Shown: positions 11,195 through 23,916 of the stretch, in pieces
Numbering within the stretch: position 1 is the stretch's first letter
Layout of the letters: every line of letters starts with the position of its first letter
Assembly (NCBI GenBank): GCA_010093745.1
Contig: MU005959.1
Location: 62,001-113,104, forward strand
Length of the DNA: 51,104 nucleotides
Reading direction: 5' to 3'
From: Piedraia hortae CBS 480.64
Taxonomy: Eukaryota
The notes under the pieces: model-generated
Databases searched by the model: none
What the model saw: the letters and a program-made list of their open reading frames with translations, nothing else
Told to the model about the DNA's origin: nothing
Position numbers and translations under genes: made by a program

Positions 11195-12475
11195 ATGAAC
11201 CAGGCGGTTGCGTCGCACTTCCGTGCCCACCCCATGCAGTTTCCGCTGACGCCGCCGAACTCGGGCGTGTCTCGCTACAGCAACATGCCGTATGGTGCGC
11301 AGAATCAGGCCGTTCCCTACCACCAGAGATACCATCATCCGCAACAGCTTGGCCTGGGTGGCACTCGAGTGGGCAACACGCTGCCACCAATCCGCACCTA
11401 CAACAGCTACGACGCGGTGCCGACTATGCTGCCGTCGCTGCGCATAGACGACTGCAAGCAGTATGAGCGTGAGGAACCAAGCCGCGAAGCGGAGAGCCAG
11501 GGAAAAACTGGAGGCGTTGCGGCCAAGCTGGACTACGAAATGCCAATGATGGTGACCTTTGTCATTGATGCAGTGCAGTCTCTGTAAGTATCTAAACTCT
11601 CCAAATGCTACAGGAACTAACAATTACGTAGATTGCATCGCGCGGCCAACGATCAAAACGCGTTCCGGAAATGGCTGCACCAGCTACTCACCGCAACGCG
11701 CCTTCCGCTGGCCACCATCTTGCTTGGTCTGCATTATTTGGATGAGCGTGTCCAACGCTTTCCAATGACGATTTCGCGCGACGACAGCGCCATGTGCCAG
11801 TTGCTGGTCGTCGCAGTTTTGCTGGGAAGCAAGTGCCTTGACGACAGTACTTTTATCAACCGGTCATGGGCCGATGTGTCGTCCATTCCGCTGGCGAACA
11901 TCAACGCCCACGAGGTGGAGTGGCTGAATCTTCTCAACTACCGCCTACACGTCGATCTCACCACTTCAGAAAGCCTGCGTGGATGGTTTGCGGCGTGGAA
12001 GCGATTCCAGATGGCGCCTGTTGAGCCAACTCGGCTCTCGCCCATTGACATGTACTACCGCCAGCCGGATCGTATGGTGTACGCAGCACCGCCTGTGGCT
12101 CCGTATTGCCATCAACACCCGATCATTGGCGTCGCAGCTCCACAGCCGTATGTACCGTACCGTCCGTACGAAAGCCCGGCCGATGCAGCGCCGCCTTCGT
12201 ATTCGGGACAGTGCCGTCCAGCTGCGTACAGCAAAACTTCACCAACCTTCAAGAAGACCCCAGACGAAGCGTCGGACCGCTTCCCCAGCAACGTGATGGC
12301 TTTTGAGCCCGAGACGAAGAGGACTCATGTGACGGCCTTGACCCCATCATCCTTCCGGACCGGAGAGCGACAATGGGGACCGGCGCACCGATCTGACTGC
12401 AGCTGCCTGTCCTGCCTGCAGCTAAACAAGCGGTACTCTATGCCGCTCGGCTCAACCATGGCCGTGGCGGTTTAA
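11195..12475 (+). CDS. CLG1: Clg1-like (Pho85/PCL family) cyclin (exons 11195-11583, 11632-12475)
   Basis: N-terminal PLTPP, GGVAAKLDYEM motif, cyclin box FRKWLHQLLTATRLPLATILLGLHYL...LLGSKCLDDSTFINRSWADVS...EVEWL; intron 11584-11631 GTAAGT...ACTAAC...TAG restores frame. Confidence 0.85.
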
Positions 12476-13527
12476 ATTCACTTCATCCATAGACGGCGCA
12501 CACATCCCGCGCATCGGGGGTCTGCGAGCATTATACACGGAATTAGCAAGGCGTTTAATCGGAACGGGGAGAGACTAGTTTTTCAGGCGCACATGGTTTT
12601 GAAGGGCCATGACTTTTTTTTTTTTATCAGAAATTTCGATGGGTGGTGTTGCTTGACTAATGCGAATTACTCGGAGCCCCGGATGAGGCAAATTGCTGGG
12701 CTTTGATGGGAGCAACACCTAGGGCAGTTTTTCAGGAGCATTGCGGATTATGGCGTTGGGAAGGATGAGCGGTCCTGGAACGGACGAATGTTTGGGAGCA
12801 GTATGCGTTTTCTTTTTGTACCAGTCAGAGGCATAGATAGCTCCTTATCCGAACAGAATTTGTACGGCCGGATCAGCAGTTCTTTATGAGTGGTTCTTGG
12901 ATGATTGGACAGGTCATCCATGAACCTACTACCCCGAAGTCAATTTGATAGAACTCTGGTGCTTTCATGAGTCGAGAGAGTTTACCTTTACCAACCCCAC
13001 ACACTCGGCTGGGCCCAATCTGGGTATGAATCAAAGTGAAGACTGAACAGATCCAGACGCTGAAGTCATCGTTGAACTTCAGGTTCGAGAGATACGTACT
13101 TTCGGTCAAAAGAATACGTAATAAATCATCAAATCATTGGATATCGCCTTTAATCATTTCTGGAGTTTCACTGTACAAATTCGGGATACTCAACTCAACT
13201 TTTCCCATCCTCTGGCAACAGATTCCTTGTCGGATGGATGATCTCTTGTAGAGTTCGTTGAGCAATCGAATGATTGAAGTAGAAGTTACTCGTGCTTTCT
13301 CGAAGAACTGACAACAATCATCCACAGATATGGGACTGCAGCTTCTCCGAATGTATCAGTCCAATTGAACTGGACTCACGAATGACCAACTGGACCAAAG
13401 TGCGTTTGCCTGACACATGTGACAATAATGCCTGAGGCATAACACATGAAACCTGAGGCAGCCACACACGACATTGCGCAAACTTTCAGTCGACGTAACG
13501 CGCAACGTTGCACCTGCGAAACCGAAG

Positions 13528-15061
13528 ATGCCGTTCCAGTGAGTTAAACGACACCTTTCCTTTACGGATACTTGCTGACTATTCACCCCGCAGAAAAGGA
13601 AACAAGGTCCGCAATAGCGAATTCCTGTTCACGTTTAGTACTGACAAGAGATGACAGTTTGGTGGCGGCCGACGCAGTCGCAAATCGGAACCCGTGCGCG
13701 AGGAAATGCCCGATACTGAAATTGCGGATCTGGCTGCTGGGGAAGGTGAAGAGGAGGAAGATGTGGACGAGGAAGAGGATGCGCGAGCTTCGCAGGCGGT
13801 CGATGACGATAGCGAGTCTGGGACGGCAGCCAAGCGTGGGTCAAAGAACGTGCGAAAAGGCCGGGGAACTGGGCGCGGGGGAAGGAAGAGAGGAAGGGTC
13901 GACACGGGCTCGGCTGTTGTGCTTGACAAGGACGGACAGGCGGCTGAGGTTATAGACGATGAGGTCCAGGTCGATGACGATGCCGAGGGTAACACCAAGG
14001 TCGATGAGCTGGGAAGACTCCAGGGCGGTCGAGAGTACCGCGTGCGGACGTTTACTGTCGGTGACAAGGGCCCGCGGCTGTACATGCTGTCGACTGAGCC
14101 GGCGCGCTGCTGTGGCTTTCGCGACAGCTACCTCTTCTTCGCCAAGCATCCGAAGCTGTACAAGGTCGTCCTGGGGGAGGAGCAGAAGAAGGATCTAATA
14201 GAACGCGCCATTCTGCCCAACTCTTACCGTGGACGTAACATTGCCGTTGTTACAGCGCGGTCCGTTTTCAAGGAGTTTGGGGCGCGCATTATCGTCGGCG
14301 GCCGCCGCATCATTGACGACTACAAGGTGGCCGAAGCGCGCGAGGCCGGCTTCGTCGAAGGGGAGTTGGCCGATCCAGAAGACATAGTTCCTGCGGACAA
14401 GAACAAGTACAACCGCAACCGCTACGTAGCATGGCATGGAGCCAGCGATGTCTACCGGACATCCATGAATGTAAACGCGCACAACAAGCAGACGGCAACC
14501 GTGAAGCGCAAGTCGCACGTCACACGGGAGAATTGGCAACTCGAGCACGCCAAAGAAGCGAGGTAAGCTCATCCCAACCCCTACAACCAACCAACTAACC
14601 CAAGTAACAGCCGGTTCAACTCACGACTTACGACTATGCGCCGCGCAAACCAAAACGGAATCTACGACGTCAACACCAACCTTATGTTCTACCCCCAAAC
14701 AATGCAACCCACGCACGCGAAATGGGAGCGCGTAACCAACTCCTCAAACAGCACCTTCCCGCCTCTCCCGGAGAAAATCCCCCAAAACTTCTTCGTCGCA
14801 GACATGCAATGCCTCGGCGCACCGCAGGCAGGAGCAGGCTATCCCGGGCCGGATGGGCACATCAGGGACGTTGCGTCGGGCAACGTGGGCGGCCTGTGCG
14901 GGATCGCGGACGAAATCATTGCCGAGCTCCCGCCCTCGTGTCGCAAAGCATTCCTCAAAGCCAAAAAAGTCGAGCAAGGCTGGAAGAATTACTGGTCTAC
15001 AGAAACCACTGATGCTCACCGTCAGGACTTGATCATCGGACTAAACGGGTACCCTCTTTGA
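13528..15061 (+). CDS. NPL6: RSC chromatin-remodelling subunit Npl6/Rsc7 (exons 13528-13538, 13594-13606, 13658-14562, 14611-15061)
   Basis: GNTKVDELGRLQGGREYRVRTF, YMLSTEPARCCGFRDSYLFF, VVTARSVFKEFGARIIVGGRRIIDDY, GIYDVNTNLMFYPQTMQPTHAKWE; three GT-AG introns with CTGAC/CTAAC branch sites give a continuous frame. Confidence 0.9.
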
Positions 15062-15736
15062 TGTTGTGACGGCGTTGGGGGAGTAGGGGCGTTTGTTTTA
15101 CTGTATTTTTATTACCTTTTTGGGGTTGTTATCCTTTGACTGGGAACTGCTTTTGTAGGAATATCATTTTTTGGGTGTGCTCTTTGTTTTCTGTGTGCAT
15201 GGGGATGATGGAGGTATTAGCCGAGTAAACGGGAACGGGGAAACGGGTACGAGCAAGCCAACGAGCGCCACCAAAACCCCATTTCCCAATTCCGATTCGC
15301 CAGAACTTGTTCAACCTGGTTTCAGGCCCTCTATTCTTAGAAAAAAGGGGACATGCATGTGGCAGCCATATGGGTTGGGAAACATTTGCATTACTGCCGG
15401 TGCTCGGAGATATATTTTCCTATGCTGATCACTCTATAAAGAACAATCACTCTATTCAATGTATACAACCCCTCCCTTCTAATCTATGTAGGGTCCCAAA
15501 CTTCTCCACCGCCCTATATCCATTTCTTTTTTTTTTCCCTCCGTTGCCCCGGAAGGGTTCAGTAGGATAACCGCCTCGGCTAACCAGCAAGCCATTCCAA
15601 CGGTCTGGCAGCATTTTCTTTTTTCGCCTGTTAGAATTAATCTCCTCGTTGAAACTTTTTTGTCATCATCATTGGGAAAGAAATTGATTGATATATCCCC
15701 CCGGGAAGGGAAAGCTGTGATGTGAACTGAAGAAAA

Positions 15737-17256
15737 ATGTCTTGTCCGAAACCTTTTCTCTCAGCTGCGGCGTATCCTTATACGCGTGGTGAGGAAGGGG
15801 CGAGGTTCTGTGTTCCGTTTCCAGAAGGGTTGGGGGGGGAGTGTTGTTTACCTTGTCCACTAAGTTCGTGGTTTTTCTCGGATGGGTTTGCGTCCCAGAC
15901 GAGGATTGCGTATGCGATCAATGCCCCAGCACTGGTGGGTCAGGTTTTTTTGTTGACGACATTTGTGATACTGCCGAGAGAGCGGAGTAAAGTGCATTAT
16001 CTCTCTGTCGGGCTGTGTTTGAGTCTGGCATTGTTGGAGGTGAGTTGATGTTACCCCTGTTGGGGAGGGGGGGGGAGAGGATTGGTGGGTTGGATTCCCC
16101 TCCATTCCACTTATCGAAATGTGCATTCGACTGACGAGATCAGCTCTCTTTTCTCGTTCCCTTGTTCAAAAATCCAAACCCATGCTCCGACGCGTTAACG
16201 CCGCACAACATCTACTCGGACATGACATGTGCTTGGTCCGGATCTTTGCTTCTGCTAGGCGGCATGTCCGCTACGCTCTGGATCCTGATGCGAAGCCTTT
16301 CTACCTTCCTCAGGGTCTGCTTCGATAAGGACATGTCGCGGGGTTGGATAACGGCTCTGCATGTCATGGCCTGGGGCGGAGCGGCGTCATTTATGGGAAT
16401 CTCCCTCAAGTTCGCAAGTCCAGTTTACGGACTCGGTCCGGTGTGCTCGCCCCGTGGGAAGCCGGCTTTTACGACATGGTTCGCCTGGGTGCTTGCGTTT
16501 AGCGGCCTGGCTGCCATCTTGCAATTCGTTACGAGCGTGTTTTGCTGTGGACTCTTCGCGAGACATAGGTTTTTTGCGAATGGAGTGTTGCCTGGACCAA
16601 TTGGTGGGCCACAACCCGGAGGTTTATCCTACGGGGGCGAACAGATGGCTGCCACCTCGGACAATTCCTCGGGAAAGAGACAGAGCATCTTCTCAGGCAA
16701 AGCAGCACAGCGGCTCTCAGCGCACATGAGCAGCAGCACATGCAGCAACAGCAGATGGACATACCCTCGCGTACGGAAACAGATGATGATGCAATGGCGC
16801 AGCGTCGCGTTGAGCATACTTGTTACCGTTGAGACGGTCTACTTTGCCCTGGTCTTTGTGGCTATCACGCATCAGAAACGCGATGCAGAAGAGACAAAAG
16901 AATGGATCCGCTGTCTTATTATCGCAAAGGGCGAGAAGGAAAAGTGCAGACATCTCATTTCCGGGCTCGGATTCGGCGAGAAGTTGATTGTCTCGTCGTT
17001 TTACATGTCTGCGATTATTGGAGTTGTGACGTTTATGCTCATGGTCAGGTGGGACATGTTTGTGGGATGGTGGGAACTCTTGGCAAGGAGGGGCAAGAAA
17101 AGGGAGGAGGACCAGTTTGTCATCTTAGATTCGATTCCGAAGAGGAATGCGGGTGGACAAGTCACAACTCTGCAGGCCTTTGTCAGTGACGACGAGGATG
17201 AAGATGGCAAGGAGTGGAGACGTAGTTCCACCCTGGCTGGAAAGAGTTTTGGTTGA
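15737..17256 (+). CDS. GprM-like 7TM GPCR (fungal class VII / secretin-like) (exons 15737-16039, 16144-17256)
   Basis: Cys-rich N-terminus with CCLPCP, HYLSVGLC, CAWSGSLLL.GG, multiple hydrophobic helices, QWRSV and WI.CL motifs; intron 16040-16143 GTGAGT...CTGAC...CAG is in frame. Confidence 0.75.
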
Positions 17257-17432
17257 GTCGTTAATTAGATACCCATAGATTTTGAGACAAATTCTTCACC
17301 AAGTGTTTCCATACAGACAACCTCGCTATACTAGACATCCCAATGCTAATGCAGGAAAGAAAAAAAAAAAGAAAGGAAAAAAAAAACATTAAACGATGGG
17401 ACTACCTCCATCGCATTAGTACATGTCCCCTA

Positions 17433-19787
17433 TCATATGTCCTCTGGAGGTCCATGAGAAAATTCAGCGTCGTCACCGTCAAAATCGTTATGGGCCATGC
17501 TGAAGTACTCGGGATCAGCTTCCTCTTCATTGGGCGCAATGAATGAACCTCGATTAGCAAACTGCTGCTCGAGAAGAGACTCGTCAACAAAGGTGAATCC
17601 CTTGAACTGGTTCTGCATCGTGGGGCTCAGGGGAGTGTTATCCTCACCGCTGACGCCACTTGCAAGAGCCGTTGTTCGCGCGCTGGCTAGAGATGGGTCG
17701 CCTAGGGCATTGGTGAATTCAGGGTCGAAGTTGCTCACATCAAGAGGGCCATTAACCTTTGGCTTGAACGGAGACAACATGAGTTTCTGCCCAAGAGCGT
17801 CCCAGTCAATGTCGCTAAAGAATGGATGCGCCATGAGTTCGTCGGCATCTCCTTTGGCCCCCAGTCGAGCTTGCGGGTTACGGTTGAGCAGCGACTTGAC
17901 CAAAGAACGCCCTTCTAGCGACAGGATGTCACGGGGAAAGCGGACCTTGCCAAAAGCAATGTTCTTGTACATTTGCTGCGTGTCTTCGGCGTAAAAGGGC
18001 GACCAGCCGCAGCACATCTCAAATACGAGCACTCCCAGCGACCAAAAGTCGACCATCTTGGTATAGCCTTGTTCGTCAAGTAGCACTTCTGGCGCGAGAT
18101 ACTCCGTCGTGCCGCAAAACGTGTTGGTCGTGTCGTCTTGGGCCAGATTCGCCTTGGAAAGGCCAAAGTCACATAGTGCAATGTGGCCGTTGGCATCCAG
18201 CAGAATGTTCTCAGGCTTCAGATCGCGATAGACAATGTTGTGTTGGTGCAAATGCCGCAATGCTAAGATGAGTTCCGCAATATAAAACTTTGCGCGCGAC
18301 TCGTGGAAGCGGCCTTCCTTTTGCAGGTGCCAGAAGAGCTCGCCGCCCGACATATAGTCTGTCACCAAATACAAATCGTGTTCCGTCTGGAAAGAAAACT
18401 TGAGGCTCACGATAAACGGCGACGTTGTGTTCGCGGTGCGCACGAGAATGTTACGCTCGCCGATTGTGTGCTGGATCTCTTTCTTCTGCACAATCACCTT
18501 CTTGGATAGCACCTTCATAGCGTAGATGCGTCTCGTATCCCGTTTCCGCACCTGGAACACCTGCCCAAACGTCCCCTTTCCGATGAGACGCAGTACCTCA
18601 AAATCGTCGGGACCGAATGCACGCTTCCCGCTAGGGTAGAAGGCCATGCGCAATCGGATCTCACCCGTCACTGTTTCCTTGCTTCCGGCCGGTGCCTGTA
18701 GCTTGTACCAGCCGTCCTGTGGCTGCAGGTAAAGTTGGAGGTCAAGCGGTATGCGCACATGTCCAATGGCGATGTCATGGTCTTCTTTCCGGTCATAGAC
18801 TGTAATGTCCAGCTCGTTGCTGTCACCGACAACATCAAAGGTTGCGTGATGCCGCCAGACAGGGTCCGTAATTGCGCCTTGATTGTTCATGCCGGCAATG
18901 TTTGTTTGGCTCGTCTGGCGGCTGCGTAGACCCGAAATCGCCCTGGCGCTTGACCCGCCAAGGGACCGCCGCAGCGCCGTCACCGCTTCTGCGCCCGTCC
19001 TTGCCTCGTCCCGAGGTCCGGCCGAAATGTCCTCGTTTGCTTGAAATGTGCAGACTACGTATGGCTCCGGGGACGGTCGCAACCCCCGTCCAGCCTCCAC
19101 GCTCACCTCCAGCTGACCCTTTGGCCGACCGACCGTGCCCGAGTTTGACGACGTGCCGGAGCTGGACCGGCTCATATCTACGCCGCGTCTGCTGCCATTA
19201 GAATCGGATCGTGAGGAGCCCGGCGGCGTGTTCTGCGGCGGCGTGGTCGCCACGGTCAGCCTATGGCTCATTGAATCGGCGTAAGCCACGGTGGCAGGGT
19301 TGGAGAGTTGCGCTGAGACGTCGGGGCAAGAGAGTTGAGACAGCGTATCCCGTCTCAGCGGCGATGGTGCGAAGCCCGACCTCTCCTCTGTGCCGCGTGG
19401 CGAAATGGCCGCAGGCAAAGGACGGCCGCCACTTGGTTCGCGGCTCATGGGCGCTGTGGAGGAGGCCGACGACTGCGGCGGCGTCGGGTAGGCCGGGGCC
19501 TTCCCCGTGGAGCCCATGCTTAGGCTGGGGAAGTATTCACACACCTGAGAAATCGAGGTCATCACCCCCGGCATTTGCCTGTCGCTCATGTCTGGCTGCG
19601 AAGTTGACGGACCGCCGCTAGAGCAGGTGGAGCCAATGCTGGTCAAGTGGCTGGATGTGTCTACTGTCATGTTCGTGGTGTTGGTGAAGGAAAGGTTGGA
19701 GCTTCGCAGGAAGTTAGCAAAAGCCGGTCCAAAGTGAATTTCTGAAGCGGAAGTGCCGGCGTTGTGGCTCGGGCCGGAGAAAATCAT
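17433..19787 (-). CDS. SCH9: AGC kinase Sch9/Sck1 with C2 domain
   Basis: C2-like PKGQLEVSVEAGRGL...PYVVC, kinase GKGTFGQV, YRDLKPEN, LCDFGLSK, TFCGTTEYLAPE, hydrophobic motif FKGFTF; no intron in the ORF; exact start Met uncertain. Confidence 0.95.
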   Translation of the reverse strand: MIFSGPSHNAGTSASEIHFGPAFANFLRSSNLSFTNTTNMTVDTSSHLTSIGSTCSSGGPSTSQPDMSDRQMPGVMTSISQVCEYFPSLSMGSTGKAPAYPTPPQSSASSTAPMSREPSGGRPLPAAISPRGTEERSGFAPSPLRRDTLSQLSCPDVSAQLSNPATVAYADSMSHRLTVATTPPQNTPPGSSRSDSNGSRRGVDMSRSSSGTSSNSGTVGRPKGQLEVSVEAGRGLRPSPEPYVVCTFQANEDISAGPRDEARTGAEAVTALRRSLGGSSARAISGLRSRQTSQTNIAGMNNQGAITDPVWRHHATFDVVGDSNELDITVYDRKEDHDIAIGHVRIPLDLQLYLQPQDGWYKLQAPAGSKETVTGEIRLRMAFYPSGKRAFGPDDFEVLRLIGKGTFGQVFQVRKRDTRRIYAMKVLSKKVIVQKKEIQHTIGERNILVRTANTTSPFIVSLKFSFQTEHDLYLVTDYMSGGELFWHLQKEGRFHESRAKFYIAELILALRHLHQHNIVYRDLKPENILLDANGHIALCDFGLSKANLAQDDTTNTFCGTTEYLAPEVLLDEQGYTKMVDFWSLGVLVFEMCCGWSPFYAEDTQQMYKNIAFGKVRFPRDILSLEGRSLVKSLLNRNPQARLGAKGDADELMAHPFFSDIDWDALGQKLMLSPFKPKVNGPLDVSNFDPEFTNALGDPSLASARTTALASGVSGEDNTPLSPTMQNQFKGFTFVDESLLEQQFANRGSFIAPNEEEADPEYFSMAHNDFDGDDAEFSHGPPEDI

Positions 19788-21568
19788 GACGCGTTGACGT
19801 CACACTCTCCACAAATTCCCATATTCGCCCGTGTTTGATTCGTTCCAGGTCCCGGCAGGTAAAATAGGCAAAGAAGAAGAACTAAAAATTCACTCACCAC
19901 GCACGCGTGCTCAGCCGCAACATATCGCTAGCGTTAGGTGTCGCAAAGGCTGATGTGTTGTTGGTGACGTAACACGTAGACAGCGTTGGTACCGCCGAAG
20001 TAGATTTTGTTGCTGTCGTCCACTGAAGCGGCCTTCTCTTACTTAGCTGTTCTGTTCGCCGCCCAGCCGAATGCGGCTGTCGCGCCTCGTGACGGTGCGC
20101 CTGTTCCCGAGGCGAATCTCGGCTTTCAGCCACGGCCGTATTACTGTGCCTGACAGCCGATTGGTTGGCCCTATCAGGCACGGTCGTGACCAGCAATATG
20201 CTTATAACCAACGAGCGGTCCATGGTCAGCTTCAGCCGCGGCTGTGCAACACATGCTGTGTAGGCGAGAAAGAGAATAGAAAGCAGGCAGCCAGACAAGA
20301 GTCTTGTTTTTCCCCAGAATGATAAAAAGCGGAACAACAGCACAGCCGTTCTTATTGCAAATTGTAATAAAGGAAATGAAACAAAGAAACATTTCTGTTA
20401 ACGAATCTAGCTTTGAGCGACTCCCTTCGGGTTACTCCGTACTCCAGGTTAACAGCGAGGAAGGCCTGGAGTCGGCCATTGATGATTCGGGTTCGTTCAG
20501 CTAAGCTGCCCTGGCGCACAGCCCGGTTGATTTTCTTTTTGGACGCCACATGCTAGTCGCAAGTAACCCGCGCTTGAGCGAATAATAGAGGCCGTTTTGG
20601 AGCAGGCGGTGGCGTTTCAAACTGATCTCGCAGCGCGCGGACCTTTGCAAATTCTTTGAGGTTCGCCTTCAGCATTGTGAGCTCGGGCATCTCGTAAAAG
20701 CCCGGGCTTTTGATTCCGATGGACCGTCCGCTTGTGCGATCTCGTTGCGCGACACGCACAATTCCGAGAGCTCGATAGGATCGGTGAGTTTCCTTCTTCC
20801 ACCTTCCGGCAGTCTGGTACCCTGGATCCTTAAGGGGTTCCAGCCTCACGGGAATAAAAGCATCCAAGTTCTCATGTGTGTTTCAAGGCTTGCTCCTTTT
20901 AAACGTTCGCAGCAAGGCGTGGTCCTTTCAAGGCCTCAAACTGCGCCTAGTTATTGCCCTTTTTCGTGTAGCCATTAGGTAAACCAGCCCTTTCTTCTGC
21001 ACAACAGCAATGGCCGTATGAAGACTTGCTAAGCAGGTGAAACATCAAAAACAAAATTCTCCACAAAATCCTTTCCAGATATCCTTTGACATGAAATCAT
21101 GCAGCCTCCTTTCTCCTTGGTAACTGCAGTAATCCTCCATTAGCCATAACAGCGATGATTTGATGCACTCATTGAGCCTTATCAAGAGGGATAGTAAAGA
21201 CGTACAGCCTAGCTCGAGTCTGCCAGAGAACACCATCTTCCATTTGACATAAAACTCGATCTCTCATCCGCCATGGAACGACGTCCCGCATAGTCCACCC
21301 AATGTAAGAAGATCACCAATTTAACCACATCCACAGCCTGAAAAAAAAAAATAATAATAATAATCCAGACCAGCCCTGAAACAAGGAGGGATGATACCAA
21401 ATCAAGCGCATCCGCCAAGATAACCCATTCAAGTGCACCAGTCCTCTCCACCTGCAAATAATATCCCCAACAAACGGGCTCAGAAGCCTAAACCTAACCA
21501 TAATGTAAACTCCACTCCCCTCAACGCTCCAATCCTCTGAAAGATAACCCTCAACCCCCAAACATCCA

Positions 21569-23747
21569 TCACCCCTCACCCCTCCCTCCCTCCTCCGCCG
21601 CAACCTCCAGCTCCTGCGCAATAAACTCCTCAAACTCCTCCAGCGAGCGCTGACAATGAATCTTGAACCTAATGATCTCATTCAACATCCTCTCGATCTC
21701 CGTATGCAGTTCCTCCCTCACCGCTGCCGCCTCGTACACAAGATGATCATACTCGACGGTGGTACTAATCTCCCTCTGTTCCATCAACTGCACAGACTCC
21801 ATCATCGACGTCCTAATCTTCGCTAACTCCTTCTCCATCCGCTCAATCTGCGCTTCCGACGTCATAGTCTGCGTAGACGTAACTTCTCTTATTCGCTCAT
21901 GTTCATCTTCCGCGGCGCGGTAGCGATGGTTCAATGCATCCATGTCGCGTTGTTTGTACTCTAGCGTTTCGGTTGTGGTTTTTAGTTGTTCAATGCGGGC
22001 GATGTTTTCTTCCTGGGCAACAGCGCGGCGGTCGGAGATGGATTTGCGGAGGTCGGTCAGGGTTTGGGCTAGGGAAGTGAGGTCAGTGGAGGGGAGGAGG
22101 GACTCGGCTTGCCAGCCGCTGAGACGGGATTCGTCGCCCATGTGATCACGGGTTGCGAGACGGAGTTCGTAGTCTTTTCCATGAGCATGGATGGCGGTGG
22201 AGGGAATGAGTTTGATGAGGTATGCTGCGCGGTTGAATTGTTGGACTGCAGAGTCGAGGTCTTCGAGTTTGGATGAGGCTTCGGCTTCTTTGGCTTTCAT
22301 GCGCGCGTGGCATTCTTGGCGGCGGGAGGAGAGAATCTCAGAGCCTTTTTCGAGTCGCTCGCGCTCGGCAACCATGCGATCGATTTCGGCAACGCTGAGG
22401 CCTTTTTGGTCGAGCTGTTGTTGGAGGGAGGTGCGGTCCGCTTCGGCTTCGAGGAGTTCGCGCTCACAGCGATCGAGTTCTTGCTGGAGGAGGCTGACGC
22501 GTTGCTCGTATTTGTCTACTTTGGCTTGCATCGAGGTGTTGTAGGTGTCGAATTTGACTCGGTCTTGTTCGAGGACGGTGATTAGTTCGTCCAATTTAGA
22601 TAATTGCGAGCCGGATTTGGAAAGCTGGGCGATTTCAGAGGCGAGACGTTGTGATTCTGCTTCCAGTGCGCGGAATTCCTCTAGATCGGCTTTGTCTTCT
22701 TCTTCGATTTCGGCTTTCATCTGTTCAACGTGTGGTTCGATTCGTCGCTTGGCTTCCTCTTCATCGTCATTTTCGTCTTCAATGTTGAGCCACTCCCGGT
22801 AAGAGTTGAAGAGGAAGCGCGTTACGATGCGCTCGATGCGCACGTTGAAACCCGCTTGTACGCTCGCAGCATCGTAGTCGCCCTGCGCATATCTCTCCAT
22901 CATTTTCGCAAGCACCATGAGCCAGTGCAGTAGACCCAGAAAGGTCGGCCAGTTGTTGCCTCCCACCGCCGCGAGCTGCGATTTAGATATATTCCGTTCG
23001 AATGGGTAGTGGCAATGCTTCAACAGAGGTGGGACTTCGGCCTCTGTGCTCTTCTGGAAGCGGTAATGGGGATCAAGCTGGAGATACAGGAACTGAAACA
23101 TCATATTGAAGTCTTTTTGCGTAGGGCTGGTCATGCATTTGGGAGAGAGCGTGTACTTCATCACCAGTTCGAAGTTGCGCACTGCGAGAAACTCTGTGAG
23201 CTCTTCGGCCATAGCTGCCCGTGTGTTGGGGTCGCGTAATCGACGAGGATCGCTGGGAATACCGCTGGATGGTGGCGCATTGGCAAAGAAAGACTGACGG
23301 CCGACCGACCCCAGGCCCATGGATGGCCTTGCGCTGTAGACGCTGCTTCGCCTCTGAACGCTTTCTCGCTGGGTTTGCTGTGCTGGTGTGCTGGCTCCAT
23401 GCGCATTACTTGTGCGGCGACTCGCTCGCATAAAATCTACTGTGCTCCGTCTGGGTCCGGCTGAAAAAGGCGCATCCGCGAGATTACCGCTGGATGACGA
23501 GCGATGAAAGTTGGGCTGGGCCGGTCGTCCGGGCGCAAGGGACATGCGTGAGGCTGATGTGCGGACATGATGGGTCGTTTGCGGAACTCCGCTCTGACGG
23601 TTCTGGGATGATGATGGCTTCATGGCCGATGTGGGAACTGGAATGGCCGAGCCTTGGGTCTTAAGTATGGTCAGTTCCGCGCGCAAACGAATACAGCTGA
23701 CAAACCTCGCGACGTCGCGCTGAGAATAGCCCTGTATCTTGCGACAT
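21569..23747 (-). CDS. NDC80: Kinetochore protein Ndc80/Hec1 (exons 23747-23706, 23659-21569)
   Basis: MSQDTGLFS start, intron 23705-23660 (GTTTGT...ACTGAC...TAAG), CH domain DPRRLRD...SPTQKDF...YPFERNISKSQLAAVGGNNWPTFLGLLHWL, then a long coiled coil. Confidence 0.95.
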
Positions 23748-23916
23748 GGTGATTTCTAGCACTCGTCGTTGTCGTCTGCCCCGCGCGGAGTAAACAGTGG
23801 ATCGGACCGGACCGCTGCAAGCTGCAACTCAAACTCCACGTGCGCTCGGGCGGAAGCGGCCGCCTCCGCGCTACATCCCGAGGTTCGTTCGGAGGTTAGA
23901 CGGCCGTCAAGGCATC

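Noticed and set aside
12873..13330. AT-rich segment with kinase-like words (IDFG, LIHTQIG) on the minus strand
   Set aside because: Short fragments with motifs in unconvincing context; no family assignment can be supported.
20553..20867. 104-aa minus-strand ORF upstream of SCH9
   Set aside because: Non-ATG start and no recognisable motif; probably promoter or 5' leader sequence.
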